Below are positions 11,854-23,561 of a DNA stretch of 64,000 nucleotides, one piece after another. The translations under genes were made by a program, and so were the position numbers. The first letter of the stretch is position 1. Each line of letters begins with the position of its first letter. The notes below the pieces were generated by a model. The model had not been told where the DNA came from and searched no databases. It saw nothing but the letters and a program-made list of their open reading frames with translations. Where the stretch lies: the NCBI GenBank assembly GCA_900088475.1, contig FLMG01001584.1, positions 1-64,000 of the forward strand. Reading direction: 5' to 3'. Source of the stretch: Hyphochytrium catenoides (Eukaryota; Protista; Hyphochytriomycota).

Positions 11854-13573
11854 TAAGGTTAGTCCACCAGACGTTATCCTGCAGTACTAGCAGTACAGAT
11901 AGTAAAGAAACAAGGAAGGGAGGAGGGTCGGTAGTCGTGCGTCGGGGTTGCTACCTCGAAGAAACAGTGGTGCCCCCGGTCTTCAACAGAAGTGAGAGCA
12001 GCATTGACCAGGAACGGAAGGCCTTGTATTAGGACCGTCATTATTGATAGTACCTTCTAAGAGATTCACACCTGAGTTTCTCTAAGAAAGCAAAAGAGCA
12101 ACAAAGCCCTTGTTCTATACCCATTGACCACAAGAAGAAGATTTACCAGAATAATAACTTTACTCAAACGGAAAAAGGTCGTAGGTGTGAAGTAGCTGCT
12201 TTGCTTTATCATTGAGAATCCAGCTCTCGACCTTCTTCTGGAGGTGGGTGCAGCATCTTCTCCTGGACGAAGTGGCCATCCAATCGGAGATAGCTACTGG
12301 AGCGAGCTCCTTCCAACACCTCTGGTCCGACGGAGATACTCTCAACCGCCGCCCTACATATAATTGCCTAACTAATGACACCGCCAGCAAAAGTGTTTTC
12401 ATGATCCGCTGCAATGGCGTTCTTCTTCAACCATGCCTATCGGCCACCAAAACGCCCCTCGCCTTATTACTTGACACCTCTGCTAGTCAGTAGTATCTGA
12501 TGATAGCTCTCTTGAATCCCGAGCACGTTTTCCTTCAGCACGCATCATTGATCTAGGTTTATCGTTGATAGAGGTCCAATTTAATGATGGCTGTAACGTC
12601 ATTTACGGTCATCGGGCTTCCACTTGGTGCTTGCAAAATGACTGCATCTTCCCACCTGCGACTTTGAATAGACCTCGTTACCGCTACGATAGGAGTTAAA
12701 AAGGTGGTGCGCTACCATTGGTAGCTGGTGGCAAACTGGCTTGATAATGGATGCTGAGAGGGAGAAAGAAACCCGGTGCACCATTACACCATTACTATCA
12801 GACGCTCTTTGCAATTGGACAATGTACAAGGTTATACAGTGTGCTTGTGGTAGTAGTTTGGTGGCCAGAAAGGAAAGTATGGAGTCCTCAGCCTCTACAT
12901 AATGATCACATCATCAAAAGGAGTGAGGCAGTCCAACCCAAGAGCCAAAAAGCTGTAACCCCCCTCCCCCAAAAGATTGCGATACTTACAATGAAATAAA
13001 CTATTCGAATTTTGCAGCTAACCTACAATGTCGATAAAAGGAATCTAAAGATAACATTGTTTCCTTGCAACTTTCACAAAAGAAAGATTATCATCATTGA
13101 TAACTAAATCTGGTAGTTTTGCGCCTCCGTCTGTCGCGATGCTCATGGCGCTGCTGGTTATAATCTCACTGATACCCAACTCTTTGCTGAAGACCAAACA
13201 GGAATTTGGATTCGCCCTGATGTCCCAAGCTGTAGACCTGTACAGGCTCCGTCAGGAGTGGAGCAAGAGATTCAGTGAAGCTTAATCAGTGCCTCACAGC
13301 TCTTTACTGTCTACAGTTCTCCAGCAACACTGGTGACGCAGAGATCCCGAAGGCTAACACAGACAGTGGCGGCGGCATTATATCTACCAGCCATAGGAGA
13401 TCGTTTTGTCTATTCTGCCCAGCGGAATCGTGTATCTCCCTGGGAACTAGACGTGCCTAACCCAGAGGCTTATCTCCCATCATCGTTCCCGATGGCGTTG
13501 ATGGGTTACAAATCCTATTGAGGTCACAGTGTCCTCACGCATAGAGGTGTAGAGCGTAATTTTCTACTGTCCT

Positions 13574-16500
13574 ATGGCTGGGCAAATTTCTCCAGCGGAT
13601 GATGGGGGGTCAAGCGTGAAGGTGGTTGTCAGAGTGCGACCGCTGCTCGGCCACGAAAAGGTTGAGCGTTGTCGGGAGTGCCTTTCTGTGGTTGAGGGGG
13701 AGCCGCAAATCGTCATCGGCGTTGACAGGTCAGTTATTTCGTCCTTGTGTTTCCACTTAACCGATGTACTCAGCCAAAAGGACCCTGGGTGGCCCCCTTA
13801 GTCTTCTCTTGACTACCACTCCTTTAGTGCTCAATCCAACTTGTGGGAAGACGGCTAACGAAGTAATATTACTATAGGTCGTTCACCTTTGACTATGTCT
13901 TTTCCAAATATGCCCAACAAGCGGACTTCTGGACCCCAGTGGCTCCTCTCGTGGAGGCGGCCTTCCAAGGCTATAATGCTACCATCTTTGCCTACGGACA
14001 GACAGGATCGGGGAAGACCTTTACAATGGGAAGTGGAAGCAACCTGGCTGTGCTAGAGGAGGATAGAGGCATTATTCCTAGGGTCATCGCCAACATGTTT
14101 GATCAGGTAAGACTATTTTCACATTAGACTCGAGAGCTTTGACATCGTACTCTGGCCACATGGTTACTTCAGTTGGCCCACTTTGACGGCTCTTCTTTCG
14201 TATGTCGTTAGATTGAGAGGAAGACGAAGGAAGTGGCCGGTTATAGCTACGAATTCAAGGTCCGCTTCTTAGAGATATATGGAGAAGAGATTCGTGATCT
14301 CTTGGACCCTCTGTCCGGCCGCGTCGATGACAGCAAAGTAGTTCTCAGAGAGGGAGAGAATGGAGAGGTAACCCTTCCTTGGCCTATCGAGTATCTTCAC
14401 TTTATCTTGTTCCTTTGTACGCGAACCACAGTGTACAAATATCTCTCACTTTTGACGAGGCTCAAGACTCCTTTCTGTGCCTAGGCTTTATTCCATAGCT
14501 ACTCCATTGCAATACCCTGATATGTCACACAAACTTGAAACCTAGGTCTTGGTCGTGGGCGCCAAAGAGGAGAGCATTCAGGGAGCCGAAGAGTTCATGA
14601 GATTATTGGAGAAAGGAACCCTTTGCAGGACTACGGGCAGTACCCTGATGAATGCGTCCTCCAGTCGGTCCCATGCCATTCTGACAGTTGTGCTGAAGCA
14701 GGAGATACCAGCTCAGGACCAAGGTCAATGAACGCCCACTTGTAGTCATGTCCTATCCTGGTGTTCCTCTCGTTGGCAGTCGCGGCCTTGTTTGCTATTG
14801 TCGCCATTGCAATTGTCGCCATTGCAAACGAGAGCACCCTCCTCTATCCTACTTAGCTACTGTCCATACTATCAGCTCTCTCTGCTGGTTTTTGAGTGCA
14901 ATGTGGCTCATCTTATGCAACTTGGCACTAGACAAGGAGATAAGAACGAGTAGCTTCAACTTCGTGGACCTGGCGGGCTCTGAACGGCAAAAACGTACAC
15001 AAGCGGAGGGACAGCGGCTGAAGGAAGGGATCGAGATTAACAAGGGACTTTTGGCGCTAGGAAACGTCATCAGCGCATTAGGGGATGACAAAAAGCGAGG
15101 ACGAGTCCACGTCCCCTACAGAGACTCAAAGCTGACAAGAATGCTGCAGGTAGGAGACGAGCAGGCCCCAAAGGGACAGAGTTTAGTACAATGATTTCCT
15201 TGGAAAAGTAGTCCATGACGCTAGGACATGCCACATTGATCGTCTCCGATTCATAGGACTCGCTAGGGGGAAATAGCCGGACGCTTATGATTACCTGTGT
15301 TAGTCCTGCTGATGTCAACTTTGAAGAAACTTTGAATGCTTTGAAGTACGCTAATAGAGCCCGAAACATCCGAAACAAGCCGGTGGTAAATAGAGACTCA
15401 GGAGGACTAGTCATAGAGCTTAAGCGACAGGTACGCCATATCAACACAGATCAAGCCACACGTAAGCATTGTGTTTAGCAAAGAGAGTGTGACTCTGCGG
15501 TGTATCCTCGACAGATCCAACTACTCCAAAGCGAGCTACTGACACTAAAAGGCATGGATGCGAGTGAGGGCTCGTCTCTTATGGCGCAACTGGAGAGACA
15601 GGCAGACCCTTCGAAAGGCGCGGCTTCAATAGTTGACTCAGTAGTCACCAAGCTGCGGGCAGAACAAGCAGAAAAAGAGGTTATAGGCTCTATAGCTCTC
15701 GACCTAGCTATGGTATACTAAAGATCGCCTTCTCTTGTTTTCAGGTGCAACGTCTTACGAATGAACTTCGCCAGCTGCGATCGCAAGCGTCACAGTACTC
15801 AGAGTTGCTTATATTAGCCCAGGCAGAGAGAGATTTTTATAAAATCAAACTGGACGATACAGCCAAACCCGATTCCTCTTCGTCCAACTCCTTTTCAGTG
15901 ATGCCGAGTTCTCCGATAGAGCCAAGTAGTCTCTCTGTTGACACTGCTCCTTCACTCTCCGGGATGGACAAGCAGTCTCTCACAACTTCCAATGACCCAG
16001 GTGCTAAGAATTCTGCCTTTCTACATGATTTGATGCCTTCTGAAGCCAAAGTGCTATTACACAGGGGCCTCCGAGCTAGAGGAGAATGAAGGCAGGGGGG
16101 TCGAACAGAAGGAAAAAGAGAAGCTGGAAATGACAGGAATAATAGCGGACTATCTCCGTACTATCGCCGACCTCAAGGAAAAGCTGCGCGCTGCAGACAG
16201 CCGAAGGGAGGAAGTGATGCTCGAATCACATTACGGGGGCCGTTACCTGAACCCAAAAGCCCAAGAGGTACTCATCTCCTTCGGTGGATGCTCATCTTAG
16301 GGCACATCCTCGCTGGACTCACTTCTTATACCCTATAGTCTTTTCTCTCTCGTATACTTTGAGGGGTCCGTCGTCGTATTAAGCTTGAACCTGATTACAT
16401 CTCCGCAGGAGCCAGAAATATCCAATAATCTCTTGGAAGAAGAGCTCTCTAATAACTCCTTGGACAATTCTGAGGAAATAGGATGGAAATCTTTGCCACA

Positions 16501-19500
16501 GACAAGTGCCCTACCGTCGGAAGGAGGAGGACTACTTTCGGCCGGGAATGAGGAAGCTGTAGAGGATGATCTTGTTACCCCGAGGCGTCTACACTCTGAG
16601 GAAGAGCCTGTCGCTCTCTTTAGAGAGGAAGGTGTTCAAGAGGAAGAAGAAGTAGAGAAACAGAGGGTGTTTCAGCACCGCCAACGTCAACTGGGCGCAT
16701 CTGTCATGGACCTAAGCCGAGGAATAGCTCTGAAGGAGGAACTCGTCCAAGAACTGGAGAAGAGGACACAGAAGCAGTTAGATTTGATGAAAGACTTCTA
16801 CGAACAAAAGCTGGCTCAGATGAATGAGGAAGTAGGTTTGTTTAGGGTAGAGATAGACCCTTGTTTGTCCATTCGGCTTATGGTTTTGCACAGTCCTAAT
16901 TGTTCCCTTGTCCTGAAGGTTATTAGAGCTACTCAGGACCGTGAGAAGCTTCTCAGAGAGCTTCAGGCACTTGAACACCGAAGTGAGGCCGACAAGAAGA
17001 CCGGGAACTATGAGCAACTGCAAAAAAAATTGAAAGATAAGGACAGTGAGCTCGTGGAACTCAAGAAAAGACAAAAGGAGCTCGAGAAAGTAATCCTAGC
17101 ATTTATAAGTTCTCAGTCTCACCATCCACATGCTTTTTCTCTTTATGCTCTATTCTAGCCTGGTCGTACTAAATGTCGCTTGTTACGCTATCCCCTTCCC
17201 TGCCAGTACACAGTTGTGTGTTCTAGGTCATGAGAGCTCTGTTAATCCTCAGACACGACTAACCCGATGCACTCTAATGAACTTCCTTCTCCCCCTCCCC
17301 TTCTTCTCCTTACACCATCCCCATTTCGCGGCAATCAGTATTCTCGAATGAAGCAGAAGTCTGAGATTCAGATGCGCCAACTGTACACTGAAATCAGTAA
17401 TATGAAGAAACAGAGAGTGGAGCTCCTCAAGAAGATGGACAAAGAGAAGAAGGCATATCAACAACAGGCAGCAGAGAGAAGAAAAGAGATCGTTGACCTT
17501 CGGAGGGACAAGCAAAATTTCCAAAATAAAGTCCGGCAACTGGGTAAGCAGTTAATCGTAGATCCATCACGAGCGCTCCCCTCTCAGAAACTGAGTTTGG
17601 CTTCTTGGACATGAGTTCAAGGATCTTTCCCTCTTCTGGGTTGAGAATAGACCACAGAATCCAGCCCATTGACTTCTGCTAGGCTATTCGCTGACATTCG
17701 ACCTACGCGCACTATTCATCTATGCAGGCGGCCAGCTAGAAGCTCAAGACCGCGTCCTCCGCCGGCGTATTGAGGAGGTCACGGCTGCAAATAAGCGGCT
17801 ACGGCAGCAGTTTAGCAGCGCAATCACGAGAGAGGAGATGAAGAAGAAGAAATGGCTCGATCAGCAAGTGAAAAAGCTTGCGGAAAGACAAAGAAGGGCC
17901 GAACAATTGGAGCAAGAGTTGACCAAAAGAGAGGCCATAATCAACAAAATGGAAGATCTACATGCGAAGCGGAAGAAGGTGGGCGGCCTCCGTCTTTCAC
18001 TATGACGTTAACGATCGTTCATCCGAGGGGTTCAGCCGATGCTTCTACGATGATGTCTCTGCCCATGAGCTGGCTGACATAAATTCTTTTGCCTCACGTC
18101 TTCCCTCAGCTGCAAGATGATGTAGCGCAAGCTGCATCAATCCGAGATGTTTTGACAAGCTCGGTATCCGGCCCTAAATTTCTTAGCTCTGAAGAGGAAT
18201 GCGCACTGCACGAGATAGAGGAGAGGATTGAGACTTGCCAAGAGCAGGTGTGAACCCTATTAAATTGGATATCTTCTCACCCGCTTACGGCATCCAATGT
18301 TCTTCATAACCCTCACCCTGACAGCTTAAGTATAAGGAGGAGAAGATATCCGAGATGGCGAAAGACGTTGAAGACCACGATCTGTCTGATTCTTCTTCAG
18401 CATCCCCTTTGCAAAGAATCTCGACATCTTCTCTTCCTGAAACTCGAGTCCTCCTTCGGCTACTCTTCGATATGCTGGTGCATGGAAAAGCATCTGAGGC
18501 TCAGCAACAAGAAGCACTCGCCTCTTGGAAGCAGAAGGAGGAAGATAGCCGCACTAAGTTGGAGCAGGCACAAGATCAAATTCAACAGCTGAAAATGCAG
18601 GTAGGATCCCGTATGCCTTGCTTGTGACCCTGTCCGACATGATGAGAAGGCTCCTTGTCGGCCTTTTGTAGATATGGCTTTCAATTTGTAGGACCACCAC
18701 GATGTAAAAGTGTTTTCAAGCTTTCCATGCTTCGCTGTTTTCATATGCATTCCTCCTCACAACTTATCTCATATTACACTCCCTGTACTCGTCTCGCAGT
18801 ACGACCAGCGCCTGACAGTGCTTCAGAAGGAACAAGAGGAGAGACTTAACTTCTATATGACATTCTACAGCGCACAGCAAGGTCACCAAGAGTCGGCAGC
18901 GGGTATATCTACAACAGAAGGTAGGTGAAAAAATGAACAGCGCATGGATTCCAAGTAGCTCGGGAGATTGCTACCGTGTTGTGAATTGAGTGGCATAATA
19001 ATTCCGATCAGCGCTTCAATGGAGAAAGCAGTAAAGGTCTTATGGGGGTAGGGGAAGATTCGGCTACTGACGAACGGGCATGCTAAGATAGATGATAACG
19101 AAGTTCCAAGCCCCAGCTAACTTCAATTTCAAGCCCAAGCTAACTTCAACCTTTTCGCAGCCCCACAGCCAAACATTGTTGCTCAAATAGCGGAGGAGAG
19201 AATTTCTCTAGTCCAGGAAAGAAATAAACAACTAGAAGCTGCTCAAGCAGAGCATGTACAACGAATGAAGGAAGTCATGGAGGAGAAACGTAGGCAAGGG
19301 AAGGTGAATGAGGAGCTCCAAGCCAAGATTGAGAGCCTTCAGAAAGAAGTGGCACAGGTATCTGTGAACATAAACTTATTGTAGAGCTATGCTTTTCTTA
19401 CGCCTGGGTCCTATCTACTCGATAGATGAAGGAGCGGCTAGCAGATAAGGACATTGTACCCCCAGCACCTACGCGTCTTACTGTTCACACTAATGGCAGA

Positions 19501-21481
19501 TCCTCGCCACGCAGGTCTATGAATCGGGAGGCAAGTATACTTGGTTTGAAACCTCTCTGCAAAGGCTGATCTATACATTCCGTCGCTGTCGATTCTCTGG
19601 CGCTTCGCAAGCTGGCACCTACCTATCCCTGTCATGATTCTACGTTTGTGTTCTCAAGCTGGCATCAACCTTTTGTTTCTGAGAATTGTTATCCTGTAGG
19701 GCTCCCCAAACCCCTCCGGGTATACCACACCTCCTGCCACGCATAACCCGATATCCCCTCCACACCACCATCGTCAGCGGACAGACCACCTTCCACCCGC
19801 TCCTCAGCGGAGAATGTCCGTCACCACATCTTCAGAAGATTCACCTGTACTCACAGTTGACAGAGCGAATCTCGGTTCCCCGGCGATGGAGTCCACAGCG
19901 AGGAGCCGCTCGGCGCCAAAGCACTTTGGCCATCGCACAGAAAGCGCTAACTTCACTACTGACGATGAAGACGATGATAATCTTCATTATGGTGCCCAGG
20001 AAACTGACTATGGTGACAGGGAAAGGGATAGAGAGCGCGAGAGAGCGGAAGACAGCGAAGGAGGCAGTGAGGCAGGCGCAGGACTAAGGCTTGGGTCGGA
20101 AGCTTCTTCCATCTTTGACAGACTGGCCAATCCAAAGAATTTTACCGGAATGCACAAACAGCGAGCCCTGGAGACTCAGAAGAAAAGAGATGAGATGAAG
20201 GAGTTGCTTGAAAAGGCCCGGCAGCGGAGGAGAGTTCGAGATCGGAGCGACGGTTTGCTGTCTCCAGGCGATGGAGGAAGCATGACAAGGGGAAGTAGAA
20301 TTCCGGAGCCCGGATGGAAAAGGAACAGCAGGTACTTACTGTCAAACTTCTATACTGAGGTTCGACTTGTGTTGAGGCTAATGGATTAATTGGTACATGC
20401 TATTACTCTATCGCGCAACAGCCAGTCTGCAGTGGATGACATAGAAGGAGGCGATGTAGCACTAGGAGCCAGAGAAGGAGCGGAGGGAGAACCCCCCTCT
20501 ATGGAACAAGATGCAACCAATGAGATGAAGGATGTCTACACGAGACTAGCGCTGCAGAAGACTGTGTCAGCTGAGAACAGGATTAAGGCTAACGAGGAGC
20601 AAAAGCACTTTCCCAAAGGGGACGTCGGAAGGATCATTGGGTGGGATCCGGTAAAGCGCAAACGTCTCATCCTACCTCCAATCCCTTATTATTGGTCATC
20701 CTCTAGTCTTATCACACACCGCATCGGGGAGTTTAGATCCTCTGGCAAGTTTGCCTCTCTGATGATAGTGTTCTGCAGTCGGGGAAGCCCATAGGATGGG
20801 ACAGCACGCGACCTTCAACTAGCCTCAGCAAGCTCAGGGTCTCCAAACCTGCCTTCTACGTTCCTATCGGACCACTTTCTCGTCGTCCAGGGTCAGAGCA
20901 AGGAGGTACGACTCTACATCCCTGCATGATCCACTACTCTACTGCTGCTTATGACAATGCTACATAGATAACTCAGATGCTGAACGCTTGGATAAACGAA
21001 GCGATAACCCGGACACAGAAAGAAGTGGCCCGTCCTCCATCAGCTCGCCTGAAAGACCTCACCCGGTAAACATAACTGCAGTCCCCATTTCGCCTTTGTC
21101 AATCAATCCTTGGTGTCTTTCATATATCTGAAGGCCATGCTCTGTTCCTAACCCGCCATCTTGGCAGCGGAACTCTCATAGAAGAAGCTTGAGTCATAAT
21201 GACGCTCCGAACGTGGATGAAATGTTCAACCCCGTGGATTATAATGCTAGGGAGCTTCTAGGCAAGTCATGTGAGGCGTATGCGATCTTCCAAGCTGCTT
21301 AACCTTATATTGGTAATCCTTAGGTGGTAAGCTGGCCCCAGAACAGGCCACTCTTTCTGGAGATGACAAGAAGGGCGAGATAGAGATGTTGGAAGCTCTT
21401 CCCACACCAGTCCCTCTCTCTGACCTGGAGGTGATTGTACCGGTTGTTGCGGAGCCAGAGTACACTCCGAGGACAGAGTAG
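13574..21481 (+). CDS. Kinesin-4 family (KIF4/KIF21/KIF27-like) N-terminal motor with long coiled-coil stalk and disordered tail; >20 exons
   Basis: [94 protein letters not shown]; kinesin-4-type stalk ([28 protein letters not shown]). The end at TAG 21479-21481 assumes a GC-AG intron; otherwise it stops near 21303. Confidence 0.9.
19107..19149 (+). repeat. Intronic near-perfect 20-bp duplication containing the CTAAC branch-point motif
   Basis: caagccccagctaacttcaa / caagcccaagctaacttcaa just upstream of the ttttcgcag acceptor. Confidence 0.8.
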
Positions 21482-21773
21482 CCCCTAGTCCTCCCTCAGT
21501 GTTTAGTGAGAGCTGCCTCCAGCTGCAAAAGAACCAAAGCGGTGTGGTGTAATACTATTGATGCTACATACATAATGGTACCATAGCCAAATTCTTCCTC
21601 CTTGGCTGAGCTGTCAGCGCAAATTTGGCAATTGTGGATGGAAGCCTGGTCTGGTTGAGCGTTTGACTCTGTAGTTTTCTTGACCCTCAGCAGCACTCCA
21701 TATTGAGCTGATCGCTAGGACTACCAAAGGGTATGGCCGACACCAAACGCTAGGCAGCCCGGATCCTCTAAAG

Positions 21774-22404
21774 TTACCCTGCGAAGCTGATCCCGTTTCT
21801 ATTCTGTTCATAGAGTCCAGCCTGCAGCATCACTTGGGAGGTGAAGTCAGCGAAGCGCGGGTCAAGCAGCGCCCGCTCTAGTCCTTTCGCTCTATCCGGA
21901 GCGGAGTCCACCTAATAGAGTCTCATGTCAGACCATATAGTCCATATATCTTACGACGAGAGATATGAAGCGCACATGGGAAAGAACTGCTATACATGAA
22001 GCAGAGTGCAATTGAAGACCAGGTGATTGAACTGGAAGCGAAGGAGGAAAAGAGAAGAAAACTGATGCAAAGACCTCTATGAGAAGCCGCTGTAGGACAG
22101 GATCGCGAAGTGCCGCTCTCAAACCCTCAGATTGAGCCACCCTCTGTTTATGTTCTTCCGTAATCTTCCAACTCTGCTCTTCTTCGTCTTCTTCTTCACC
22201 AACTGGAGCAGTCCGTTGCTCCTCTATTTTATCCTCCTCTTTGGGGGCACTTTTGCAGGTCCCATCTTCTGCTTTCTTATGCTTTTGGAAGCAGGGCACA
22301 GAACAATATCGGACTCTGCATTTAGGGCATTTATACTTCGGCACAGCTGCCAGGCAGATCGCGCAAAGACCACTGCCTTTGCCTGTCAGAGTTTGGTCTG
22401 CCAT
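21774..22404 (-). CDS. ZNHIT3: zf-HIT protein, ZNHIT3/Hit1-like (box C/D snoRNP assembly); 2 exons
   Basis: CAICLAAVPKYKCPKCRVRYCSVPCFQKHK; C-terminal SEGLRAALRDPVLQRLLIE|VDSAPD..LLDPRFADF typical of the Hit1 C-domain. Confidence 0.85.
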
Positions 22405-23561
22405 ACCCCTAGCGGTTGCTACCACATCGAGAGGCTGGATGAGGCTTAAAGTCTGGGCCGATATGAAGAGAGGGAGCGAAAGAGTGACTGCACCCTCACA
22501 GTAGGGCACCGAACCTTTGAGACCTGAAGTCAATCTTCTAGCTTCTGACGAACAGGGACGCTAGGACGAGAACCTCCCTATTGGTGTGCGACTTACGCAG
22601 CCTTACCATGTGGAGACGTGACAGCTGACAAGACGAAAGCGTGGCCTGCACTCGTGACCAAGCAGAGATGATGAAAGGAAAGAAGAAAGAATTAGAAGAG
22701 TTAGATCTCAACGATCCCATGCCGACGAGCGGATGGACGTAATCTGAGAAGAGCTGGTGAAGCTGCGCAGCTCTGGGAAGGAACTCTGGAAAACAAGAGA
22801 ATCAGAATCCGCGAGTGAAACGGCAAGTTGGTTGGCTGTCAGCTGAAGTTTTGTGAAGGTTTCATCTCGGTAGGATTGTTTCACTCCAACATAACTCGTA
22901 AGTGACTTATCATAACAGTACGTGAATTTCTTTCCCTGGTCCAATTATTCCGTGAAACCTTGGAAGGAGAAGAGAGATGTAGTAGAGTGTCGCTTGGGAA
23001 AAATTTTTGTACGAACTGCTCAAGGAAATGTCAACGCTGGTCGCCGTTGTTTCTCTTTTGCAGCGCCAGACGCGGGCAGGGGAATAGCCGATGAGGCCGC
23101 CGTGTCTTTCTCCATGTCATTCATTGGAAGAGTACTAGCAAAGGAATCTTTAGTTCTATAGTTTGCCTGTCAGCGAGCCATCAGTACCTCGTGGTGGGTG
23201 GTAGGGCTAAGACACATGAACACTGTCAGAGAGGAGAAGTGGGACGAGAAGGGCAACGTGCAGGATCCATCTTTAGCTGATGATGACTCTGTGCACCTTT
23301 ATATGTATGTTGAAGTCGTCTTATTATTAGGTCATAAATAGTGGATAAAGCAAGAGCTCTTTTCCTGGTCACGATAAGCGGGAACCCCTATGTCAGACGC
23401 AAGAGTTCCCCTAGTCATTAACCATTTCCCACACGCTTCCGACCCTCGACTCCAGTAAAAGCCAGGATCGTCGTGGTGCATATACTTCCCAAACAGCTAG
23501 CGGGCAAAGCACTTTCCCCATGCGTGCTTTGGTCTCCCTAACACTCAAAATCGCGGTTGTC

